A stretch of DNA of 64,000 nucleotides, from positions 8,591 through 72,590 of the forward strand of contig JBLNAG010000004.1 in the NCBI GenBank assembly GCA_050259235.1, read 5' to 3'. Positions 1 through 9,538 of the stretch are shown here, piece after piece. Under the pieces are notes generated by a model that saw only the letters and a program-made list of their open reading frames with translations, was not told the DNA's origin and did not search any database. Position 1 is the stretch's first letter. Every line of letters begins with the position of its first letter. Position numbers and translations under genes: made by a program. Source of the stretch: Ignavibacteriales bacterium. GTDB lineage: Bacteria; Bacillota_I; Bacilli_A; RF39; UBA660.

Positions 1-1011
1 AAAAAAGAAGATATATTATTAAAGGAAAAAAGTAAATTTATTTCTAATAGTATCAAGAATGGTTATAGTGAAGAATTAGCTCTAAAGGTATATAGTTTAA
101 TTTTAAGATTTGCGGAATACGGGTTTAATCGTTCTCATTCAGTGGCTTATGCAAATGTAGCTTATAAAATGGCTTATTTAAAAGCAAATTATCCACAGGT
201 ATTTATGAAGAACTTATTAACAATGTTTATGAATAGTGAAGATAAAATTAAAGAATATATTTATGAGTGTAAAATAAATAATATAAGTATTTTAAAGCCT
301 GATATTAATTATAGTGGGGAAGAATATATTATTGAAAATGGTAATATTAGATATCCATTAACGGGTATAAAAAATATTGGTATTAGTGCTGTAAGAAATA
401 TTGTTGATGAACGAAATAAAAAAATATTTAAAGATATATATGATTTTATGGCTAGATGTTATAGATTTATAAACATTAAAAGTTTTGAAAACTTAATTTT
501 ATCTGGATGTTTTGAAAGTTTGGGATATAACGAAAAAACATTGATAAAAAATATTGATATTTTGATTAATTATAGTGAATTAGCTAGTTATTTAGATGAA
601 GAATATGCTTTAAAGCCAGAACTTACTACTTTTGAAGAATATAGTAGTAAAGAGATAATGCAAAATGAGTTAGAAATATTTGGTTTCTATTTGAGTAATC
701 ATCCTGTAACTGAATATAAGCAAAAACATAAAAATATTGTATCCATTAATGACATACCTAATCATTTTGATAAGATAATAAATACTATTATATATGTGGA
801 TAAAATGAAAAAAATAGATACTAAAAACAGTAATAAAATGTGCTTTATTACAGGAAGTGATGAAATAAATATGCTTGATTTTGTAATGTTCCCTAATGTG
901 TATGAATTATACAGTGATATAAAAGTAGGAGATATATTATTAGTAAATGGTCGAGTTGAAAAAAGGTTTGACAAAATACAAGTAATTATAAATGAATTGA
1001 AGAAGTTCTAA
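1..1011 (+). CDS. dnaE: DNA polymerase III alpha subunit (DnaE type), C-terminal part; 5' end lies outside the window
   Basis: Frame 1 is open from base 1 with no start in the window. FAEYGFNRSHSVAYANVAYKMAYLKANYP matches the conserved DnaE segment, followed by an OB-fold-like C-terminus. Stop at 1009-1011. Confidence 0.85.
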   Translation, partial: KKEDILLKEKSKFISNSIKNGYSEELALKVYSLILRFAEYGFNRSHSVAYANVAYKMAYLKANYPQVFMKNLLTMFMNSEDKIKEYIYECKINNISILKPDINYSGEEYIIENGNIRYPLTGIKNIGISAVRNIVDERNKKIFKDIYDFMARCYRFINIKSFENLILSGCFESLGYNEKTLIKNIDILINYSELASYLDEEYALKPELTTFEEYSSKEIMQNELEIFGFYLSNHPVTEYKQKHKNIVSINDIPNHFDKIINTIIYVDKMKKIDTKNSNKMCFITGSDEINMLDFVMFPNVYELYSDIKVGDILLVNGRVEKRFDKIQVIINELKKF

Positions 1012-1027
1012 GTATAGGAGGAGAAAA

Positions 1028-1834
1028 GTGTTAGAATATAAGGATATACTAGAATGTATTGATGGATATATCATTGTTGTAGATCAAAATGATAAAATTA
1101 TTTATACTAATGATCCTGATGCAGTTACGCTATATAAAAAATTTGGCAGTGCTACTGCAAGTAAGGTTTTAAGTTTCAATGAAAAGTATTTTTCTACCCG
1201 ATCAAAAACAATAGATAAAGGTAATGGTGAACATTATCAATACATTTACTATCAAGATGTAACTGTTGTTCATGAATATGAACAATCATTAATCAAAAAA
1301 GCGATGACTGATTCTCTTACAAGAATTTGTAATCGACATGGAATTGAAAAAGCTATTGAAAATTATCGAACTGCTCTAACTTCTTCATGTGTTGTATATG
1401 CTGATATTGATCACTTTAAAAAGATAAACGATACATATTCACATGATGCAGGTGACTTCATTTTAAGTGAAGTTGCTAAAATTCTAAGTAGTAATATAAG
1501 AGAAGATGATTTAGTTGGGCGTATGGGTGGAGAAGAATTTTTAATCATTTTAAATTCTACTAATACTGAAAGAGCTAGACCTAAATTAGAAAAAATAAGA
1601 GAAACTATTAAAGAACATGATTTTATTTGGAAAGATAATAACATAAAATTAACTATGTCTTTTGGTGCTTCAGAATTTAAACCTGATAAAGATAGTGATT
1701 TTGAAAGAACAATTACAGAAGCAGATACAGCATTAAAATATTCTAAGGAAAATGGAAGAGATCAAATAACTTACTTTAAAAAAATGGAATATATGGTTAA
1801 TGATTCTACTAAATCAATAGGACCAAGAAAGTAG
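1028..1834 (+). CDS. GGDEF-domain diguanylate cyclase with N-terminal PAS-like sensor region
   Basis: GTG start follows AGGAGG. RMGGEEFLIIL carries the GGEEF active-site motif, with DIDHFKKINDTYSHDAGD upstream of it. Confidence 0.8.
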   Translation: MLEYKDILECIDGYIIVVDQNDKIIYTNDPDAVTLYKKFGSATASKVLSFNEKYFSTRSKTIDKGNGEHYQYIYYQDVTVVHEYEQSLIKKAMTDSLTRICNRHGIEKAIENYRTALTSSCVVYADIDHFKKINDTYSHDAGDFILSEVAKILSSNIREDDLVGRMGGEEFLIILNSTNTERARPKLEKIRETIKEHDFIWKDNNIKLTMSFGASEFKPDKDSDFERTITEADTALKYSKENGRDQITYFKKMEYMVNDSTKSIGPRK

Positions 1835-1850
1835 TAATACTTTCTTTTTT
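1825..1850 (+). terminator. Rho-independent terminator after the GGDEF gene
   Basis: Stem AAGAAAGTA/TACTTTCTT followed by a T-run. Confidence 0.6.
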
Positions 1851-1915
1851 AATTTAAAAATCACTTGAATTTTATATTAGTATATAATATAATTATAGTG
1901 TGGAAGGATGGATTT

Positions 1916-2458
1916 ATGGAAGATATTTTGATGGAAGTGGAATTGCAAATGGAAACAGCAATTGAAAATATGGAAAAGAGATTTGTTAATATTAGAGCTG
2001 GACGTGCTAATCCAGCAATATTAGATGGTGTGCATGTATCATACTATGGAACAGATACTCCTTTAAAACAATTAGCTAATATATCAATTCCAGAGGCTCG
2101 TCAACTATGTATAAAACCATTTGATAAAAGTTGTATCGCAGCAATTGAAAAGGCTATATATGAAGCTAAAATTGGATTAACACCTAATAATAATGGAGAA
2201 ATAGTTATCTTAAATATTCCTGCATTAACAGAAGATACAAGAAGAGAATTTGTTAAACAAGTTAAAGTTATTGCTGAGGAATGTCGTATTGCTTTAAGAA
2301 ATATTCGTCAAGATGCGAACAATGATATTAAAAAGACTGAATTACCAGAAGATGAAAAGAAAAGTGGTAATGAAGAAGTTCAAGAATTAATCAATAAATA
2401 CAATCATATAGTTGATGAAAAACTAAAAGATAAAGAAAAAGAATTAATGTCAGTTTAA
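1916..2458 (+). CDS. frr: ribosome recycling factor
   Basis: MEDILMEVELQMETAIENMEKRFVNIRAGRANPAILD is a typical Frr N-terminus. The internal ATG at 1916 is preferred over the track start at 1865. Confidence 0.9.
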   Translation: MEDILMEVELQMETAIENMEKRFVNIRAGRANPAILDGVHVSYYGTDTPLKQLANISIPEARQLCIKPFDKSCIAAIEKAIYEAKIGLTPNNNGEIVILNIPALTEDTRREFVKQVKVIAEECRIALRNIRQDANNDIKKTELPEDEKKSGNEEVQELINKYNHIVDEKLKDKEKELMSV

Positions 2459-2571
2459 CATTGATTCTTTTTTTGTAAGATTGTCTAATTAATGTTAATA
2501 CTATGTAATATAAGAAGTTAAATTGTTTACAACGATTTTTAGAGATGTTATAATAAAATAGAGGTGTTATA

Positions 2572-3708
2572 ATGGTTGATAAGAAGAAAAATAGCAATTT
2601 AGATGTAACTAAATTAAATGACATATTGGGTCTTTCTAAAAGAATATTAAAAATAGTATATATATTGTTTTTTATATTATCAATATATGTTATTTTAATG
2701 TTGGCTAAGGAGTTACATTTCTTAGAATTTATATTAACAATTTTACAAATAGTATCACCACTTTTTATAGGTTTAATAATTGCGTGGTTATTTGATCCAA
2801 TTGTTAAATGGTTAAATAAAAAAGGTATTAAAAGATTCTGGGGAACCTTTATAACATATTTTGTATTACTTGGTACAATTTATATAATTATCGCTGCTAT
2901 CATACCGTTATTATCAGAACAAATAAGTGATTTTGCAGGTACAGTTCCTCAAATATTTGATGCTATTGAAAGATGGATAGACGGAATATTTAATCAATTA
3001 AAGGGTATAAAGAACTTTAATCCAGAAACAGTAAAAGTAGATTTATTTCAACAAATAGAAACTATTGGAGTAAATTTAACTAATTCGTTACCAACTATTA
3101 TTGTTGATGTTGTTAAATCAATATTCTCTGGATTAGGAATTATTATTGTAGGATTAGTAATTGGTTTCTATTTATTAATTAGTTTTGATGGTACAGGTGG
3201 TATCATTGCATTCTTACCTAAGAAAATGCAAAAAACAACAATGGAATTAATTGAAGAAGTAGATAACTCATTAAGATCTTTTGTTCAAGGAGCACTCTTT
3301 GACTGTACATTTATATTTATAATTACATCTATTGGATTATGGCTAGTAGGTTTAAAAGGCCCACTATTATTTGGATTATTTTGTGGATTAACAAATGTTA
3401 TTCCATATGCAGGTCCGTATATTGGAGGAATTCCAGCTGTTATAGTTGGTTTCTCACAAGACCCAATGATAGGTTTCTTAACACTAATGGTTATTGTAGT
3501 TATACAATTCTTAGAAGGAAATTTCATTCAACCTGTAATTATGAGTAGATCAACTAAGTTACATCCAGTAACAATTATGTTAGGACTGTTGCTTTTTGGA
3601 TATTTCTGGGGTATAATAGGAATGCTTATTGCTACTCCGGTTATTGCCGCAGGTAAAGCAATCATCATGTTCTATGATGAAAAATACGATATATTACATT
3701 TTAATTAA
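2572..3708 (+). CDS. AI-2E family (PerM/UPF0118) membrane transporter
   Basis: Polytopic protein of ~378 aa. The C-terminal region VIPYAGPYIGGIPAVIV...QFLEGNFIQPVIMS is typical of UPF0118. Confidence 0.75.
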   Translation: MVDKKKNSNLDVTKLNDILGLSKRILKIVYILFFILSIYVILMLAKELHFLEFILTILQIVSPLFIGLIIAWLFDPIVKWLNKKGIKRFWGTFITYFVLLGTIYIIIAAIIPLLSEQISDFAGTVPQIFDAIERWIDGIFNQLKGIKNFNPETVKVDLFQQIETIGVNLTNSLPTIIVDVVKSIFSGLGIIIVGLVIGFYLLISFDGTGGIIAFLPKKMQKTTMELIEEVDNSLRSFVQGALFDCTFIFIITSIGLWLVGLKGPLLFGLFCGLTNVIPYAGPYIGGIPAVIVGFSQDPMIGFLTLMVIVVIQFLEGNFIQPVIMSRSTKLHPVTIMLGLLLFGYFWGIIGMLIATPVIAAGKAIIMFYDEKYDILHFN

Positions 3709-3711
3709 ATC

Positions 3712-3897
3712 GATGATAAAGAAAAGTAAATTAGTAAATTTTGTAGAGACTTAATGGTTGGTGAAAATTAAGATATTTATTAATTGAATGCTACTTTGGA
3801 GTACAGATAAATTCTGTCGGGTAAAACCGTTATTATAACTAAGTATAAATTAGGATGGTACCACGGTTTTTCGTTCCTAGAAAAACTGTGGTTTTAT
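3712..3897 (+). promoter_or_regulatory. T-box leader riboswitch with Ala (GCU) specifier
   Basis: TGATGA at the base (3712-3717), AGAGA (3745-3749), distal-loop GGTGAAA (3760-3766), GCT followed by A (3790-3793) and T-box sequence AATTAGGATGGTACCACGG (3848-3866). Terminator stem ACCACGGTTTTT/AAAAACTGTGGT (3860-3892) is followed by TTTATT. Confidence 0.8.
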
Positions 3898-3920
3898 TGT
3901 ATATAGAAGGAGAAGTAAAT

Positions 3921-4481
3921 ATGGAGTTTAAAAATAAAAACCCTAAAATTTATATCTTGAGTGGTAAAGCTGGTAATGGAAAAAATAAAATTGCTAGTTA
4001 TGTTAATGAAATTTATGAAAAAGTAAATAAAAGAACAATAAATTTATCATATGCTTCTTACTTAAAGGAATATTCTAAAAATATTCTTAATTGGGATGGT
4101 AATGAAGAAAATAAACCCAGAGAGTTTTTGCAACAAATAGGTATTGAACTTATTAAAAATACGATTGATAATAAAATGCTTATTAGAAGAATAGTTGAAG
4201 ATATAAAAATTTATTCATACTTTTATGACGTAATAACAATATCAGATGCCCGATTTAAAGAGGAAATAGAAACTATCAAGAATATATTTGATAATGTAGT
4301 AGTAATTCATGTTTTTGGTTTAGAAGATAAAAATAATCTAACAGTTAATCAAAAAAAACATATAAGTGAAACAGCTTTAGATGATTATCGTGATTATGAT
4401 TATGAACTAGATAATACAGGAACTCTAAATGAATTAAAAGAAAAGGTAGAAAGTATTGTAAAGGAGAATATCAATGAATAA
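3921..4481 (+). CDS. P-loop nucleotide kinase, dNMP-kinase-like
   Basis: ATG follows GAAGGAGAAG. Walker A is SGKAGNGKNKIA and the protein is small (~186 aa). The track start at 3855 lies inside the T-box terminator and was rejected. Confidence 0.5.
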   Translation: MEFKNKNPKIYILSGKAGNGKNKIASYVNEIYEKVNKRTINLSYASYLKEYSKNILNWDGNEENKPREFLQQIGIELIKNTIDNKMLIRRIVEDIKIYSYFYDVITISDARFKEEIETIKNIFDNVVVIHVFGLEDKNNLTVNQKKHISETALDDYRDYDYELDNTGTLNELKEKVESIVKENINE

Positions 4482-5028
4482 AATAGTAGCAATCGTTGGA
4501 ATGTGTGGTAGTGGAAAAACAATTGCCTCAGAATATTATGAAAGTTTAGGTTGGCCAAAAGTTTATTTTGGTGGCGTTACAATAGACGCAGTGAAAGAAG
4601 AAGGATTAGAAATCAATCCAGTAAATGAAAAAATGATTCGTGAAAGACTTCGTAAAGATTATGGTATGGGAGTGTGCGCCACATTATTACTGCCTAAAAT
4701 AGAAGAATATGCCATTAAGGGTAATGTTGTTCTTGATGGATTATATTCATGGGATGAACTTAAAATATTAAAAGAAAGATTTGGTGAACAAATAATAGTT
4801 ATAGCTATTATTGCTGATAAAAAAAATCGTTATAATCGCTTAGAAACAAGAGAAATTAGACCTCTTACTAATGAGGAAGCTGAAACAAGAGATATAGCGG
4901 AAATAGAAAATCTAGCTAAAGGTGGTCCAATTGTTTTTGCGGACTACTATATACTAAATAATGATGATTTAAATACTTATAAAGAAAAAATAGAAGAAAT
5001 AACAAAACAAATATTAAAGGAGGAATAA
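4474..5028 (+). CDS. P-loop nucleotide kinase (dephospho-CoA kinase/UPF0200-like)
   Basis: Walker A is GMCGSGKT. The start overlaps the upstream stop by 8 nt and the ORF ends 2 nt before the alaS ATG. Confidence 0.5.
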   Translation: MNKIVAIVGMCGSGKTIASEYYESLGWPKVYFGGVTIDAVKEEGLEINPVNEKMIRERLRKDYGMGVCATLLLPKIEEYAIKGNVVLDGLYSWDELKILKERFGEQIIVIAIIADKKNRYNRLETREIRPLTNEEAETRDIAEIENLAKGGPIVFADYYILNNDDLNTYKEKIEEITKQILKEE

Positions 5029-5029
5029 G

Positions 5030-6787
5030 ATGAATATTAAAGACTTATATATTAAATTTTTCTTAGAAAAAAATCATAAATTAATTAATTCTGCATCAAT
5101 TATACCAGAGAATGACCCAACATCATTATTTAATACAGCTGGGATGCAACCGTTAGTACCATATTTAATGGGTGAAATTCATCCATTAGGAGTTAGATTA
5201 GTTAACTATCAAAAGTGTTTTAGAACTAATGATTTAGATTCTATTGGTGATAAAACACATCATACCTTTTTTGAAATGTTAGGAAACTGGAGTTTAGGAG
5301 ATTATTTTAAAAAGGAAAGTATTAGTTGGAGTTTTGAATTTTTAACTGAAAGATTAAATATTCCGGTTAATAAATTAGCAGTAACGGTTTTTAGAGGAAA
5401 TGATTTAGTTAAAGCAGATGATGAAAGTGCTAATATATGGATGAGTTTGGGTATTCCAAAAGACCGAATTGCTTATTTAGCTGAAGAAGATAATTGGTGG
5501 GGGCCTGCTGGTGAAAGCGGACCTTGTGGACCAGACACTGAAATATTTTATTGGGTAGGAAAAGAAGATGCTCCTTCTAAATTTGACACAGAAGATAAAC
5601 GTTGGGTTGAAATTTGGAATAATGTCTTTATGGAATATAATAAATTAAAAACTGGTGAATTTATTCCTTTATCAAAAAAAAATGTTGATACTGGTATGGG
5701 AGTAGAAAGAGTTACGGCTGTTTTAGAAGGTGTTGATGACAATTATCAAACATCTATTTGGAAAGATGTAATTGAAGAATTAAAGAATATTACTAATTTA
5801 CCTTATGATGAAAAAAATAATAAGGCTATGCGTATTATTGCAGATCATATTAGAGCGGTAGTTATTGTTAGTGGTGATGATGCTAATATTGTTCCTTCTA
5901 ATGTTGATCAAGGTTATATTTTAAGAAGATTAATTAGAAGATTAATTAGATATGCTAAAACATTGAATATTGATATAAATAGTGATTTTGATATTAAATT
6001 AGCTAATATTATCATTGATAAATACAAGAAATATTATCCTGAATTAGAAAAAAATAAAGATAAAATAATGAATGTTTTAACTTCTGAAAAAATAAAATTT
6101 GCTAGAACCTTAGAAAAAGGTCTAAAAGAATTTGAAAAGATTATTAAGACTTTAGAAGGAAATACTATATCTGATACATTAGCATTTAAACTATATGATA
6201 CTTATGGATTTCCTATTGAACTTACTAGTGAATTAGCAAGTGAACATAACTTAAAAGTTGATATTGATGGTTTCTATAAAAAATTTAAGGAACATCAAGA
6301 AAAATCTCGTTTAGGTTCAGAACAAAAATTTAAAGGTGGACTTTCTAGTAATAGTGAAATGGATACTAAATATCATACAGCAACGCATTTATTAAATGCT
6401 GCTTTAAAAGAAGTATTGGGTAATCATGTTCATCAAAAAGGAAGTAATATTACTCCAGAAAGAATGCGTTTTGACTTTAGTCATGATGCTAAAATGACTG
6501 AAGAAGAAGTCGAAAAAACAGAAGATTTAGTAAATAAATATATTGAAAATAAAATGGATGTTGTAAGATGTGAAATGTCTAAAGAAGAAGCCCTTAAATT
6601 AGGGGCAGAAGCAATGTTTATTGAAAAATATGGAGATATAGTTACAGTATATACTATTGGTAACGTTTCAAAAGAATTATGTGGGGGGCCACATGTTAGT
6701 AATACTAGTGAATTAGGCCACTTCAAAATAATTAAAGAAGAAGCTAGTAGTGCTGGTGTAAGAAGAATAAAAGCTGTATTAGAATAA
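5030..6787 (+). CDS. alaS: alanine--tRNA ligase, short form (585 aa; catalytic domain plus editing core, no C-Ala domain)
   Basis: FNTAGMQPLVPY, CFRTNDLDSIGDKTHHTFFEMLGNWSLGDYFK and WWGPAGESGPCGPDTEIF are class II AlaRS motifs. HTATHLL and CGGPHV are editing-site zinc motifs. The conserved downstream synteny is yrzL-ruvX-yrzB-mltG. Confidence 0.85.
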   Translation: MNIKDLYIKFFLEKNHKLINSASIIPENDPTSLFNTAGMQPLVPYLMGEIHPLGVRLVNYQKCFRTNDLDSIGDKTHHTFFEMLGNWSLGDYFKKESISWSFEFLTERLNIPVNKLAVTVFRGNDLVKADDESANIWMSLGIPKDRIAYLAEEDNWWGPAGESGPCGPDTEIFYWVGKEDAPSKFDTEDKRWVEIWNNVFMEYNKLKTGEFIPLSKKNVDTGMGVERVTAVLEGVDDNYQTSIWKDVIEELKNITNLPYDEKNNKAMRIIADHIRAVVIVSGDDANIVPSNVDQGYILRRLIRRLIRYAKTLNIDINSDFDIKLANIIIDKYKKYYPELEKNKDKIMNVLTSEKIKFARTLEKGLKEFEKIIKTLEGNTISDTLAFKLYDTYGFPIELTSELASEHNLKVDIDGFYKKFKEHQEKSRLGSEQKFKGGLSSNSEMDTKYHTATHLLNAALKEVLGNHVHQKGSNITPERMRFDFSHDAKMTEEEVEKTEDLVNKYIENKMDVVRCEMSKEEALKLGAEAMFIEKYGDIVTVYTIGNVSKELCGGPHVSNTSELGHFKIIKEEASSAGVRRIKAVLE

Positions 6788-6869
6788 TACGGCTTTTTAA
6801 TTAAAAAAGATTGTAAAAAAAAAGGATAAATGGTAAAATATTATTGTATTATTAAAAGAGGGTGGAGAT

Positions 6870-7112
6870 ATGAAGAAAACAAAAGTTTATGACACCGAGA
6901 AATTTCAAGATGCTCTAATTGAACAAACAATTAGAGAAGTAGTTGAGATATTAGAAGATAGGGGATATAATCCTATCAATCAAATTGTTGGTTATCTAAT
7001 GAGTGGTGATCCTGGTTATATTTCTAGTCACAAAGAAGCAAGAAATAAATTAACGAAATTTGATAGAACTAAAATATTAGAAGTTTTAGTTAGCAAATTT
7101 ATTGATAATTAA
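6870..7112 (+). CDS. IreB-family (UPF0297/YrzL) regulatory phosphoprotein
   Basis: 80 aa; NPINQIVGYLMSGDPGYISSHKEARN is the UPF0297 signature. Conserved position after alaS. Confidence 0.8.
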   Translation: MKKTKVYDTEKFQDALIEQTIREVVEILEDRGYNPINQIVGYLMSGDPGYISSHKEARNKLTKFDRTKILEVLVSKFIDN

Positions 7113-7549
7113 TGCGTTATTTAGGGCTTGATTTAGGGACCAAAACCCTAGGTTTATCAATTAGTGATGAAACTGGAACCATAGCGAGTTCATTCAAAAC
7201 AATTGTTTTTGCAAATGAAGATTATGATTCTTTATTACCAATCTTAAAACAAATAATAGAAGAATATAAAATTAAAGAATTAGTTTTAGGATTACCCAAA
7301 AATATGAATAATACAATCGGAGAAAGAGCAAATATAACGCTTGAATTCCAAAAAAAAGTAGAAAGCTTTTTAAGTATGCCTGTAATTATGATGGATGAAA
7401 GATTATCATCAGTATCTGCTAATAACTATTTGTTAGAAGCAAATATGTCTAGAAAAAAAAGAAAAAAGACAGTTGATAAGATTGCGGCTAATATAATTTT
7501 ACAAACATATTTAGATAAAAGAAAAGGAGAAAATAAAAATGAACGATGA
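7112..7549 (+). CDS. ruvX: putative pre-16S rRNA nuclease / Holliday junction resolvase-like RuvX (YqgF)
   Basis: MRYLGLDLGTKTLGLSISDE is the YqgF N-terminal motif. Synteny supports the call. Confidence 0.85.
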   Translation: MRYLGLDLGTKTLGLSISDETGTIASSFKTIVFANEDYDSLLPILKQIIEEYKIKELVLGLPKNMNNTIGERANITLEFQKKVESFLSMPVIMMDERLSSVSANNYLLEANMSRKKRKKTVDKIAANIILQTYLDKRKGENKNER

Positions 7550-7835
7550 AAAAATGACTTTTAAAGTTACTACTGATGAAGGTAAGGAAATAGAATGTGA
7601 AGTTTTATTTACATTTGAATCAGATGAAACAAAGAAAAATTATATAGTTTATACTGATAATACTACTGATGAAACAGGAAATACTAAGGTATATGCTTCA
7701 ATTTACGATCCTGAAGATCCTGAAACTAGATTAATTCCAATCGAAGATGAAAAAGAATGGAAAATAATTGAAACAATATTAGAGGAATTACAAAACGAAG
7801 CAAAAGAAACAATAGGAAACAGCGAGCAAGAATAA
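7539..7835 (+). CDS. DUF1292 (YrzB-like) protein
   Basis: Small acidic protein overlapping the ruvX stop, in the conserved position before mltG. Confidence 0.7.
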   Translation: MNDEKMTFKVTTDEGKEIECEVLFTFESDETKKNYIVYTDNTTDETGNTKVYASIYDPEDPETRLIPIEDEKEWKIIETILEELQNEAKETIGNSEQE

Positions 7836-7851
7836 GCTCGTTTTTGCTGAT

Positions 7852-8928
7852 ATGAGAATATTTAGCTCAGCTGCCTTTTTTCTAGTCGTATTTTGTGCGA
7901 CAGTAATTACTCTAGGATGTTTATCTTATAACTACGGAATTGGAGCTGTAAGTGATAAGACAGAAAATGTTGAATTTAGTATTGAATCAGGAAGTACTTA
8001 TCTATCAATTGCTCCTTTATTAAAAGAAAAAAATCTTATTAGATCAGAAGTTTTTTATAAAATATATGTTAAAATATTTGAACCAACTAATTTACAAGCA
8101 GGTACCTATTTACTAAATGAATCAATGGGTGTTAAACAAATAATTGAAGCTTTAGAAAAAGGGAATAGTGGTAATCCGGATGCTATTAATGTAACATTCA
8201 AAGAGGGTTTAAATATGCGAGGAGTAGCTAAAGTTATTAGTGAAAAAACTAATAATACCTATGAGTCAGTATTTGAATTGTTAAAAGATTCTAACTATAT
8301 TGATAGACTAATTAATAATTATTGGTTCTTAACTGCTGATATTAAAAATAAGGACATCTATTATCCTTTAGAAGGATATTTATTCCCTAATACATATAAT
8401 ATAGACAAAGATGATAGTGTTGAAGATATCTTCAAAATAATGCTTGATGAAACTAAAAAGCAATTAGAACCATTTAGAACTAAAATAGAAAGTAGTAAAT
8501 ATACTATTCATGAATTAATTACTTTAGCTTCAATAATAGAATTAGAAGCAGGTAATGCTAATGACCGTAATGGTGTAGCAGGTGTTTTCTTTAATCGTTT
8601 AGATGGTGGTTGGACTTTAGGTAGTGATGTCACAACCTATTATGCCGAAAAAAAGGAACTTTGGGTTGAAGATTTAACGACTGCAGAAATAGAAGATTGT
8701 AATGCATATAATACGAGAGGTACTTGTTTTAGTGGACTACCAGTAGGACCTATTGCTAATCCTGGTATTGAGTCAATATCTGCAGTATTTAATCCAACTT
8801 CTCACAATTATTATTACTTTGTGGCTGATAAAAATGGTAAAACTTATTTTAATGTTAATAGTACTGGTCATTATAATACTATAGCTAAACTTAAGAGTGA
8901 GGGTTTATGGTTCGAATATCAGAACTAG
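7852..8928 (+). CDS. mltG: endolytic murein transglycosylase MltG (YceG family)
   Basis: N-terminal TM segment. LEGYLFPNTY and IIELEAG motifs are present. Synteny supports the call. Confidence 0.85.
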   Translation: MRIFSSAAFFLVVFCATVITLGCLSYNYGIGAVSDKTENVEFSIESGSTYLSIAPLLKEKNLIRSEVFYKIYVKIFEPTNLQAGTYLLNESMGVKQIIEALEKGNSGNPDAINVTFKEGLNMRGVAKVISEKTNNTYESVFELLKDSNYIDRLINNYWFLTADIKNKDIYYPLEGYLFPNTYNIDKDDSVEDIFKIMLDETKKQLEPFRTKIESSKYTIHELITLASIIELEAGNANDRNGVAGVFFNRLDGGWTLGSDVTTYYAEKKELWVEDLTTAEIEDCNAYNTRGTCFSGLPVGPIANPGIESISAVFNPTSHNYYYFVADKNGKTYFNVNSTGHYNTIAKLKSEGLWFEYQN

Positions 8929-9485
8929 AAAAATACGCTAAAGATAATAATATTCCTATTATGGAAAAAGAAGGAATAGAGTATCTTACTAAATATATTG
9001 CTGATAATAATATTCATTCTATTCTTGAAATAGGTTCAGCAATTGGTTATTCAGCTATTAGAATGTCTTTAGTAAATGAAAATATATGTATTACTACTAT
9101 TGAAAGAGATAAGAATAGATATAATGAAGCTGTTAAGAATATAAATAAATTTAATTTAAGTAATCAAATTGAAATTATTAATGATGATGCTTTTAATGTT
9201 TCAATTGATAAGAAATATGATTTAATTTTTATTGATGCTGCTAAGAGTCAATACATTAAGTTCTTTGATAAATACAAAGGCAACTTGAATGATGATGGTG
9301 TTATTTTCTCTGACAATTTAAATTTTCATGGGCTAGTAAATAGTAATGAAAAAATAGAAAGTCGTAATGTACGAGGAATAGTTAGAAAACTAAATAACTA
9401 TATTGATTTTCTAAAACATAATAATGAATTTGTAACAGAATTTATTAATATAGGTGATGGAATCTCAATTAGTAAAAAGAAGTAG
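8907..9485 (+). CDS. SAM-dependent O-methyltransferase (YrrM/TrmR-like)
   Basis: ILEIGSAIGYSA is SAM motif I, with IFIDAAKSQY downstream. It sits before the two U32 genes, as in the B. subtilis yrrMNO operon. Confidence 0.75.
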   Translation: MVRISELEKYAKDNNIPIMEKEGIEYLTKYIADNNIHSILEIGSAIGYSAIRMSLVNENICITTIERDKNRYNEAVKNINKFNLSNQIEIINDDAFNVSIDKKYDLIFIDAAKSQYIKFFDKYKGNLNDDGVIFSDNLNFHGLVNSNEKIESRNVRGIVRKLNNYIDFLKHNNEFVTEFINIGDGISISKKK

Positions 9486-9538
9486 TAAATCTCTTCTTTT
9501 TTTGATATAATGTTAAATTGATATTGGAAGTGATAAAA

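Noticed and set aside
3855-3920. The track's upstream start (MVPRFFVPRK...) for the first kinase-like gene.
   Set aside because: These 66 nt are the T-box sequence and terminator stem. The ATG at 3921 has a proper RBS. Similar 5' trimming was applied at 1865 (frr), 15680, 19946, 23715, 37289, 37787, 50152, 51487, 53860 and 57330.
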